Positions 13,670 to 24,400 of a stretch of DNA of 64,000 nucleotides are shown here, one piece after another. The position numbers were made by a program, and so were the translations under genes. The notes below the pieces were generated by a model. It saw only the letters and a program-made list of their open reading frames with translations, had not been told where the DNA came from and did not search any database. Position 1 is the first letter of the stretch. Every line of letters begins with the position of its first letter. Origin of the DNA: Marsupella aquatica (lineage: Eukaryota; Plantae; Marchantiophyta); assembly GCA_973895155.1 (NCBI GenBank), contig OZ316891.1, positions 20,534,169 through 20,598,168 on the forward strand, given 5' to 3'.

Positions 13670-14245
13670 CAAAAGATGTCAAGGCTAGGATAAGATGTTG
13701 AGGTGAGAAAAAGAAGTCAAGGTGAGAAACAATGTTGAGGAGAGAAAAGATGGTGAGGTGAGAAAGATGTAGAGGAGAGAGAAAATGGTGAGATGAGAAA
13801 ACTATGTTGAGGTGAAAAAAAGATGTCGAGGAGAAAAAGAGGTCAATGGTGAGATAAAGATGTCATGGTGAGACAAAGATGTCATAGTGAGAAAAAGATA
13901 AGATGTTGCACTGACAAAAGGTGTCAAGGTGAGGAAAAGATCTCAAGGTGAGAAACAATCTTGAGTAGAGAAAATGATCTGGACAAGAGGAAAAGAAGTT
14001 GAGATGAAAAAGGATACCAGGGAAAATATGTGAGGTGTAAGAAGATGTCAAGGTGAGAAAATGATATTGTGGTGAGTAAAAGATGTCAAGAGGAGAAAAG
14101 TTGTCCAGGGTGAGATCAAGATGTGTAGGGTGAGAGAAAGGTGGCAAGATGAAAAAAAGATGTCATGACGAGAAAAAGGTGTGGAGGAGAGAAAATATAT
14201 ATCAAGATTAGATAAATATGTCAAAGCAAAAGATGTCAAGGCGAG
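13670..14245 (+). repeat. Degenerate ~19-bp minisatellite (consensus about gatgtcaaggtgagaaaaa)
   Basis: About 30 purine-rich variants in tandem. Confidence 0.9.
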
Positions 14246-15179
14246 GCAAGAAAATATAGGCATTGTGATGTAGTTGCAAAAACATGTTATGTGTGATCCT
14301 CGCCATGCAATTGTTGTGGTCGTGTTCAATACCTATGCATTACACATAAGAAAGATTCTTTTTTTGAAACACCCTAATTTTTGTTTGAAAAAGTACAGGA
14401 TTTGTACTTGTATGCATTGTTACTTCACATGTTGTCGGGGTAAAAAGGTGTCATTGCGTGAAAGATATCTATGTCAAAAAGATTTTACAAAAATGATGAA
14501 GAAGGGCACAAGATAGGTGATGACAACCGAGAGAAGCGCATTCACACAACGCTATGTAAGGGTGGCATCCCCCTCCCCCTCATGGCCTCCTCTCCCCTTT
14601 CTCTTGAATGAGCTGCCTCTCATCTCTCATCCCCTCCCCCCAGGTACTTAGGGCAGGAGGGTATGGTACCATTCAGCCCTTCTCCTACATATGGGTGCTC
14701 ATTAATTTCCCCTCCTCTTTGAAGTTTGAACTTAGTCCCTGTCCCCTCATAACGGTGTCTCAACTGCCCAATCCCAATGGCAACACATGGCACTCACATA
14801 TCTCATATGCCATCATGCCCCGCATACAGAATCTTTGTGGTCCTGTTTGTGGTCTACCAAAATCCCCAAAATCTCTTTTCTTGTTTGCTCTGGGTTTGTT
14901 TTTTTGGCTAATCAAAGGCTAGGATAAATCAAAGTATAAACCCAATGGTCATAAAGTATTCCCTCCAAAAGTCAGTTTGCAAAGGGGCCACCCACCGTTT
15001 TCAGATGTACTGTAGCTTTTTTAATTTTTAAGGGGAAATTTGTGAAACCCATAGAAAGAGAAGAGTTAGCCACAAACATTAAACCCAAGACCTATAAGTC
15101 TCTACTCAAGTGAGCTATCACAAAGTCATGCCTCTTTGGGCATGCAAAGGGGCCACCCACCATTTTTGGCTGCATCTGT

Positions 15180-15406
15180 TATGATAGTAGTAGATATATG
15201 ACACTGCAAAAGCTCAAAAGGGCCAAATTGGGAGACAAGAGCCCAAAGCCCAGGAACCCCAATATCTGGTAAAAATAAAAGGGAGAAGCCTATGTGATTA
15301 TGGTAGTAGATATATGACACTGCAAAAGATCAAAGGGCAAAATTGGGAGACAAGAACCCAAAGCCAGGAACCCCAATAACTGGGAGAAACAAAAGGGAGA
15401 AGCCAA
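15180..15406 (+). repeat. Tandem duplication (~115 bp x2)
   Basis: gtagtagatatatgacactgcaaaag...aaattgggagacaaga...ccaggaacccca...aaagggagaagcc occurs twice. Confidence 0.85.
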
Positions 15407-15627
15407 GGACGAAACCCTCAGAAGACCACATAGCCCAAAAAACCCAAGAGTCACCACAACAGTGAAAGACCTCCACAAAGCAAATAACTAAAACCCAACT
15501 AAACCCCTAGTGGGCAGCAAACTGAAAAGGGTGGTTCCAAAGTCAACTTTGGAGCAGGGTCATAAAAGAGAATGTGCCTAGAGGCCCTAAAAACCAATGT
15601 CTTGGCCCTTTGAAGAATAGTGATTGT

Positions 15628-15795
15628 CTAAGCCCGCTCTAGTGTAATAGACATCCGCCATCTAGAGAAGGCAATGATTACAGAAACATGGGGATAAGGC
15701 CTCCACTTGATAGAGAAGACCACACATGCCGGTAGGTACCTATCAAATATAGGGTGAAGAACTCCAGCAACCTCCAAAGCAAATGGGCAGTTCAA
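15628..15795 (-). pseudogene. Possible C-terminal remnant of a restriction-like-endonuclease (RLE) non-LTR retrotransposon
   Basis: PFALEVAGVLHPIFDRYL...RMSITLERA resembles the 'F.PF..E..G...' and 'R.S..LQRA' C-terminus of CRE-type LINE ORFs. Short and degenerate. Confidence 0.35.
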
Positions 15796-16707
15796 TAGAT
15801 CCCCTTGCAGATGTTCCATGTGGGGCGCAGGGCTGCTGTCCATTCTCACCCCCAATGCAGCAAACAATGACTTTCACATTTGCCCCAATAAATAAGTAAT
15901 TATTAGAATGTCAATCAGCCCTCAATGACTAAATTTTAGTTGGCTTTTGGGACACCTAGAAAATAATCCAATGCCTATAATTTTAAGAATACTCAAAGCA
16001 TATTTATGTAAACATTAACATAACAATGTATCAGTTATTTTGTAAGGTAGAAATGAAATGTGAAGAATAGTAATCTGGAAAATGATGCTCAGATAGACTA
16101 ACTGTGTAACAATACAAGTTGAATTGGCCAACGGAAGCCTTTTACAAAAGAAATACATTATCTGAGTTCAACACAAATGTTTTGATGGAATGCATTGTGA
16201 TATCTCCTGGAAAGAACCAAAAGTTGCCTCCCCTGGAAGAACACAATGTGCATTGCTTTCAAATTGATACAGGAAAATTTTCTAAAAGATCTCTCTGGCT
16301 GTTCTGTTTTGGGGTTGCAAGTTTAGCTAAGAAAGTAACGCACTAAATGTTTTGTGTCACAACTGCATCAATGGACACACTCACCATGGCTCTCACCCCG
16401 ACTCTAGTCCTACCTCTTTCCCTAACTATTGACCATCTCTCCTTGCCAGCAAAGGTTTTCATGGACCATCTTCTTAGCGTCTCATATTTTGCATTGACAA
16501 CATAGGTGTCAGGGCAGTAAATTTTTAATCTCAGTTTTTCTCATTATCTGTGCAACTTTTGCCTCTCCTTTATACCCTGGGACTCTTGCCTTCTTTTTGC
16601 ACTCTCCTGAGCCCCATCCTTGCAACTATTGACCCCTTGCCTTACCGCAACTCATGCATAATCTTTCAACAAACACTTCCACATTAACAACTTAGTTTGC
16701 TTAACAT

Positions 16708-17030
16708 TATGACAATAGTGAGAACACTTCCACAAAGCCAGCATGGCCTCTATGACAATGCACTTCTCCAATTAAGACAAAGTGGCTGCAACAGCTACAT
16801 GACTGTAATGAGAACCCGACCACAACAAGGAGTCTTGCAAGGAGTGTGCACCGCACAACCATTGGGCAAAATGGTCAAATTTGTCAAGTTGGTGGCGCTG
16901 CTGGCTCTTGGCTTTGGGAATAGAAAGGCGATATATTGAGAAAAGCTAGTCAATTCACGGAGATCCTGCAAAAACATCAGGATGTGCTATTGGATAGGGT
17001 TTTTTTGAGGTGGCAACTGTTGAGTATTGC
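16708..17030 (+). repeat. ~323-bp direct repeat, copy 1
   Basis: Near-identical to 39004-39327 (tatgacaatagtgagaacac...ggcaactgttgagtattgc). Confidence 0.95.
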
Positions 17031-17232
17031 GGTGCGGTCGGGGCCGGCGACTGGAGCCCGATGTTTCGGTGGCGCGACGTCCAACCAAAGTGGGAGGAAT
17101 GGTGCTTCTTGTAGAGAGCTGCTCAATGCTGTGAACAGAGGACTGAGCCAGCAACCTCTCTTCTACAGTCGTGCGCTTGATGCTGGTTTGAGGAGGAGAA
17201 GGAGGAATGTTGGAATGGTGAGCCTCTCGCTG

Positions 17233-17507
17233 CTGGACTCCATGGCTACTGCCTCTCGTTTTCAGCTTTCAAGCTCTCGCTGCTGGATTGGACTCGATTG
17301 GATTGGACTCAATGCTGCTGCTGATGGTGATGGGACTCTTGCTGTTGGACTCCATGGTTGCTGCCTCTCGTTTTCAGCTCTCCAGCTCTCGCTACTGGAT
17401 TGGACTTGATTGGATTGGACTCGATGCTGCTGCTGATCGCTGCTGATGGTGATGGGACTCTCGTTGCTGGACTCCATGGCTGCTGCCTCTCATTTTCAGC
17501 TCTCCAG
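17233..17507 (+). repeat. Tandem repeat (~115-120 bp, about 2.3 copies) with ttggac/ttggat micro-repeats
   Basis: ggactccatgg.t.ctgcctctc.ttttcagct occurs three times. Confidence 0.85.
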
Positions 17508-18167
17508 GATCGATGCTTTCATCCTCTTTTGTGGACCTCCCTGTTGTCTGATCCATGTATCTTGGAGATTTCCAAGTATTTTGGAGTTTGAAAGTATGAA
17601 GAAAAGTGAACGTTGCGTATAATCTGGTCTCCAGGCTTAATGTTTTGGGTGACTCACCTTAGCATTTAGTCTAGGGAGTATATTAGACTTGCTTCACAGC
17701 TATTTAACCTGAGCTCCTTTCTCAGTTCAGTACCTCCCTCCTTGTTCAGTGAATCTGCTATCTGCTCTTGCTCTCAGTGCGTAGCTCTGCCATCACTTTC
17801 TCAAGTCTTAGTGATCAGGTACTTTGCTTGGCTCTGCCTTTGCTTTGCAGGGGCTTTGCTCTGCTTTGCTCCCATGCAGCTGCTCAGATCATGCTAACTG
17901 GGCTACTGTATGTGAGCTTTGCCATTGCTTTCCAGTGCTCTCAAGCCTTAGTGCTCAGCCTTGCCATCGTTGCATTGGGTTTTTGTTCAGTGCATGCTCC
18001 AGTGGACTATCATTTAGTGTTGTGCTGCAGTGGGCTCAGTGAGGCTATATATTGTTTGGTGTTGCGCACCAGTGGGCTTTCGTTCCGTGCCATTGCTTCC
18101 CAGTGGTCTCCACCAGTAGGCTTTCGATCAATGCCATTGCTTCAGCTCGAGACATGAGAAGCTATTG

Positions 18168-18539
18168 TTCACTAACCCAGAGTTGTTGTTATAATTGTCA
18201 TCTTGGTCACTAACCCAGAGCTGTCGGCTCAGTTATCTTTTTGCTCTTGTCTCGTTCACTAACCCAGAGCTGTCGGCTAAGTTATCTTTTTTGCTATTGT
18301 CTCGTTCACTAACCCAGAGCTGTCGGCTCAGTTCATTTTGCTGTAAGAGTCATCTCTTTCACTAACCCAGAGCTGTCGGCTCAATTAACTTCCTACTCAA
18401 TTCATTTTGTTGTAACAGTCATCTCGGTCACTAACCCAGAGCTTTCGGCTCAGTCCTTTTTGCAATAAAAGTCATTGCTCACTAACCTAGAGCTGTTGGC
18501 TCAGTTAACTCTCTGGTCAGTTCATTTTGTTGTAACATT
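18168..18539 (+). repeat. Array of 7 repeats with the conserved core cactaacccagagctgtcggctcagtt and variable linkers
   Basis: Cores at about 18170, 18208, 18258, 18307, 18360, 18429 and 18480. The array is cut by the copia insertion and a partial unit resumes at 36274. Confidence 0.9.
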
Positions 18540-18795
18540 TGTTAGATATTGCTCTAGTCTTGTGACTCATGAGCTAACTATAGTTAGGCTAACTCGGGTT
18601 AGGACTTAGCTATTGTTAGCGGTAGTGCTATTGTGTTTATAGCCAGGGCTGATGCCAGACAATGGTGGAACTTAGGCTGATTGTTACGGAGCTAGTTGAG
18701 AGATAGGGAGAGCTTTTGCTGTGGATGCTTGGAATGGTCGGTCGGCCTAGAGTGCAGTAAAGCTCTTGTGTGTTCCCGTGGACGTAGCCTCATGA

Positions 18796-20099
18796 AGTCT
18801 TTTCACCGGTGGCTAAGTATTCCACAATTTGGATCTTGTGTCAGTTTGTTGTGTTTTTTAATCTGGTGATGGATTAGATGGATGTTGTTACTGCTTTTCT
18901 CTATGGCAACTTGGAAGAGTTGATCTTCATGAGACAACCACTAGGCTTTATGAAGAAGGGCCAAGAGAACTTAGTTTGTAGATTGCTCAAGTCCTTGTAT
19001 GGATTGAAGCAGTCTCCCAGACAATGGAACAAGCGGTTTGATGATTTCATGCTTGCTCAAAGTTTTACAAGAATGGTGTATGATCCTTGTGTGTATACAA
19101 AATCAGTCAAGAATGATGTATTTGGTTTCATCATTCTGGTGATCTATGTGGATGACATGCTGATTGTGGCTAAAGATCAATCTGAGGTTGACAGTCTCAA
19201 GGCAAAATTGAGTGTTGAATTCAGGATAAAGGATTTTGGTAAAGCCAAGAGGATCTTAGGGATGGAGATTTAGGAACTCTGATACTGGACAGTTGTGCTT
19301 GAGTCAAGGCCAGTATGCGAGGAAAGTACTTGCACGATTCAACATGGAGAACTGCAAGCCAGTGAGTATTCCTTTAGCTTCACATTTCAAGTTATCATTG
19401 GCTTTCTCTCCTACGGATGCTGTGGAGAAAGGCCTGATGGCTAAGATTCCTTATGAGAAGGCAGTAGGCAGTCTGATGTATTTGATGACTTGTACTAGGC
19501 CTGACTTGGCCCTAACAATGGGCAAGGTTAGCAGATTCATGTCAAATCCAAGGAAGGTACACTGGGAAGCTGTTAAATGGATTCTCAGGTATGTGAAGGG
19601 AACATAGGACTATGGATTACTATTTGATAACTGATCAAATAGAACGTTAGTTGGCTATGTAGATTCTGATTATGGAGGCTGTCTAGATACAAGGAGGTCT
19701 ACAACTGGGTTTGTATACACTCTTGAAGGAGGATGTATGAGTTAGAAATCTACCTTGCAGAAGTGCATTTCTCAGTCTACTACAAAAGCAGAGTATGTTG
19801 CAGCAGCAGAAGCAACAAAGGAAGCAATTTGGTTGGACAAGTTGATCGCAAAGATGGGTTTAGAGCATGACAAAATGACCCTAAACTGTGATAGTCAGAG
19901 TGCTCTTCACTTGGCTGCTAACCAGGTGATGGATAGCAAAGCACATTGATATCAGATACCATTTTATCAGACAAGCAGTGTCTGATAAAACTTTTGAGCT
20001 AGTCAAGATTGATGGAAAGCTCAATCCCGCTGATGCCTTTACCAAAGTGATTCCTTTAGAGAGTTTCTCAAGATACAGTGCTACTTTGCAGGTTTTGCA
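18796..20099 (+). pseudogene. Copia pol remnant (RT and RNase H) with stops and frameshifts. The last codons and TAG resume after the CACTA insertion at ~30997-31003
   Basis: MDVVTAFLYG, LLKSLYGLKQSPRQW, IYVDDML, VGSLMYLMTCTRPDL, YVDSDYG, STTKAEYVAA, CDSQSAL, NPADAFTK. Several in-frame TAG/TGA codons. Confidence 0.92.
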
Positions 20100-21453
20100 C
20101 ACTACTACATATTTGCCAATTTTGCGAAGGCGTTTTACAAGAGGAAGAAAGCTTTGCAAGATTAATCTCATCGCTAAACTTGCGATACGATACGCATCGC
20201 ACTTAGCGAATCTACACACATCGCAACACATAATTGCGAAACTTAGACCATTGCAACATTTTACGACACTTCAGGTATCGCAAAACATTTCCGAAGCAAT
20301 TACCATTGAACAAGTTAGCGATCTTTACCGCTTCGCAAATTCATTGAGATGCGCCGGAAAACTAAATGGTTGTGAATATTTAAGCATCTCAAAATATTTT
20401 GCGAGTCTTATTGTCTCGCAAATGAGCGATGTTTGTGGAATATATGGCTAACTTGCGATAGTAATAGGCTCGCAAATCCTGTGCCTGTCTAGGGTCTCAT
20501 TTTGTGAATGTTTTGGTTTCGCAACTCTGAGATGGTGGTATCTTCGGAAGTTTGCGATGAGGGGATGATGGCAATTAGGGAGCAGTTAAGTATCGCAAAT
20601 GTAGCGATGAGTTTGCGGGTGTAGGGGTTTCGCAAGATGTTTCGCAAAATATTATGAGCGCTTCAAAGAGGTGGAAAAGGAATGGGATTGGGGAGGGAGG
20701 GTAAAGGAGGGTGGATACATGTAATTTTTAGGGAGGGACAATGAAAAGGAGGAGGAAGGGAATGGGGCTAGGAGGGACAAGGAACGGAGGGATCCAAGAG
20801 GGAGGATACAGGTTTAGGGGGCACAAGGAAATGAGGGAGGAGGAAGGGTATGTAGATATAGTTTTAGGGAGGGTTTGGATTTAGGGAGTGAAAATAAAAA
20901 GGAGGGAGTTTAGGGTTTAGAGAGGGACAAGGAAAGGAGGGAGGGTATTGGTTTAGAGAGGGACAAGGAAATGAGGGAGGTTTAAGGGTATAGGTTTAGG
21001 AGGGAGGAGAGAAGCTAGGTTGTATAGGTAAGAGTGGGGGACAGGGGTGGAAAGTAAGGAAAGTATAGGGTTGAAATAGAAAGCCAGGGGTTGGGACAAG
21101 GAGAGGAAGGAGGAAGGAGGGTTTAATAAGAGGGACAAACAATGAAAGAAAGGAGGAGGGAGGTGGGTACAAGTAATAAGGAGAACAGCTAGGGGGGATT
21201 AGGAAAGCATGGAGGATAGAGGACTACAAGCAACATGAGTTTTCTTTGCATAAAGTCTACCAAAAGGTGTGGTGAGTGTGGGGTAGGGATGGGAGATATA
21301 GAAAACAACATTTGAAAATGATATACTTACAAAACATAAGTTTATTGATAATTGAGAAGCACATATTTCTCCATTCTACCGAGAAGAGAAATCTTCATAT
21401 CATCAAATCTAACTATATATCCGTGTAACTATATATCCACAAACACAGACCCC

Positions 21454-24400
21454 TCAAACTTGGTCCTCATCATCTTCAGGTTGGGACACAACCAGAATAT
21501 CAGGCTTTTCCCCAACGATTGAACAAGACCGTGGCACATATGTGATGACAAGTGACCATTCCTCTGGGTTTGGGGGGTATGGAATATAGAAACATTATTC
21601 CACATGACTTGGAAAAGTGAACGGCTCTGATGTTTGCCAATGAGATGGCTGGAAACTAGTGGCAGACGTCTTCAGTCGTGTAAATCCACACTCATCTTGA
21701 ACCACAGTAGGATTGTTACCTGCAAGGTTCACTTTGAACCACTTGCACTTGAAGACATACTCTTCAAACTTTGATTGTGCATCATAAGATATCACTAGAA
21801 TCTCTTCTACCTTTCCATAATGTGGCACAACATCTCAAATAATATTTGTGTCATGGCGACTGCTGCGGGAATCTTGAGAGAATTGTCCTTGAACTCCACA
21901 ATCAAAGGTACGACCCCTCTTCTCATCAAGGGAAGAAATCCTAAAATCCATCAAACCATAAGGATATGTTACACAAAAATAGACACAAACATATTCCAAT
22001 TAATTGAACACACCAAGAATCTGCCTCTTCAATATACGTGCTTGTATTACAAATGAATTAAATTAAACCAAGTGATTCAAATCAAAGGTTACTAAGGTAG
22101 ATGGAGATCACCTGAAATGTCTTCCTTGTGTCCACATTGCTGTCCTTGTTGTAACCACTCTCAAGGGACCATGAACAATGGTACGAACATCATCTGTGAT
22201 AGCCGGAAAATGTAATACACTCTCTCCCCTGACCACCATGTCATCCACCTCAACTAACGTCTCCTTCATATAGTCAAGGTACTTTGGAAAAATCCTTGGT
22301 CTTGTGCTGTTACTTTTGGCATCCTCATAGAAATCCCTCCATTCTTCCATGATAGTGCTGTTACTCAACATGAATGTGGTCAGTTGTTTCACCTCCACTG
22401 GTGTCAACATGCGAGTTTTCCTAGCACCTGTTAAACGATCCTCTTCATCTTCCCTCTCCTCTACCCAAGTACGGGGAGAGGTACAATCAATTGTGGCCAA
22501 TATGTTACTACAATAGAACATACTCTCAGCTGCTAAGTATCCTGTAGCCATGCTTCCCTCAACCCGTGCACGGTTACGTACATAACCTTTTAACACTGCC
22601 ATGTATCGTTCTAGCCAATACATCCACCGACAATGCACAGGACCTGCAATGGCCACCTCATGAACAAGATGAACAAGTAAATGCACTTGACAATCAAAAA
22701 AGGAAGGAGGAAGGGCCTTCTCCAACTTGCATACCACCTCTGCTGCCAAAACCTCCATCCCAAGGATCTCATCAGTATATATCTCCTTAGAGCATACCCA
22801 TCTCAATAGTCTTCCCAATGACCAAAGGGCATCTTGCACTTCTTCACTTGCCAAACCTATTATGGCCACAGGCAATATGTGCTACAATAACCTATGGTAG
22901 TCATGTATCTTGAGATACCTTGGCCACTTATGATTGTCCTCCATCCCAAAGGCCTTTCAGAGATTGGCACCATAACCAGTAGGAAACCGCATGTCTCCTA
23001 TGCAATTCTGAAACTCCCTTCTCTGGCCAATAGGAAGCACCCATGGAGCTGAAGGTCGATGCCCGATCCCTGTGATAGGATCACTTATGACCCACACGTC
23101 TGGATGCATCTCAAGATCCTCACAAGCCTCCCTGAAGTTAGTGTCTTTCTCTCCATAGAAAGCCTTTATCAAAGCCTTTCCCACATTTCCCTCAATGTGC
23201 ATGGGGTCTAATAGATGGCGGATCTTCAACTCACCCCAATAGGGCAAAGTGGTTAATATACTCCACCTTGTCAAGCCACTACCGTCAAATTGCATGGGAT
23301 CCTCTGGGTCTGCCACTCTTGCAGCCATGTCTTTCCAGTGTGTAAAAGTTGTTGGCTCAGGTACATCACGCTCGTCACCAAAGGGCATATCAATAGAGGA
23401 AAATAGTAGTGGGTCACGCCTCATCTGATGTCCCATTGGAAGAAACTTTGTATGCCCAAGATAAACAATCTTGCGAAGATGTGATGAGTACTTGGCTACA
23501 TCACCAAGGCTTGGGCCACAAGTGGAGCAAGCCTTGTAGCCTTGGGTTTGCAACCCACTCACAAAGCCAAATCTTGGTCATATAAACACACATTATGTTA
23601 GGATTAGCACATGGAAATGAGGGGATACCATGCATTAGAATATGATGCATTTAAACAACAAAGTTCTTACCTGGGTAGTCATGCATGGTCCACATACAAA
23701 CCCCTTTGAGTTTGAAAACCCGTGGGGTACCCCTTGTAGTCTTTCGACCATCATATGCCCATACTCCTTCCCATAATTTCTGGAGTTCCTGAACCAGTAA
23801 TGTCAAATAGGTGTCCATGTTCTTCACCTTCTTTGGCCCTGGGATAATCAAAGATAGCAACAAAAAACCCTTTTTCATGGACAACCATGGTGGAAGGTTG
23901 TAATTCATGAGAACCACAGGCCAGACCGATGTAGGTCTCCCCTTCCCTCCAAGTGAATGAGGGCTAACTCCATCTGATGCCAACCCCAGTCGCACATGCC
24001 GAGGGTCACGCTCAAAATCTGGCCATGTTGATTCCACATGTTTATGAGCAGGAGAGTCAACTGGTAATCGCATGACACCGGGCTCCGAACGATGTTTCTT
24101 GTGCCATACCATCAACTCGGCCAAGTCAGAACATCTATACATGTGCAACAAGCGAGGAATTATGGGGAACCAACGAACTGCTTTCCTTGGTACCTTCTGG
24201 GTTAGCATGTTTGGCTCATACCGTGGCTCATGACACATTGTGCATTCTGTGATATGGGCTGTATCCCCGTGAAATAACATGCAATCATTCACACAGGCAT
24301 GAATAATATGGTAATCCATACCAATGGATGAGAGAACCTTCTTTGCATCCTTCCAGGTCCCTGGCAACACATTCTCCGAGGGTAACATCAAGTCATGACA

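Noticed and set aside
18168-18539. CRISPR-like repeat-spacer pattern
   Set aside because: The spacers are related to each other and variable in length, there are no cas genes, and the context is eukaryotic. Treated as a tandem array.
19978-20451. 157-aa ORF suggesting an extended RNase H
   Set aside because: Chimeric read-through from copia RNase H into the CACTA left terminus at 20100.
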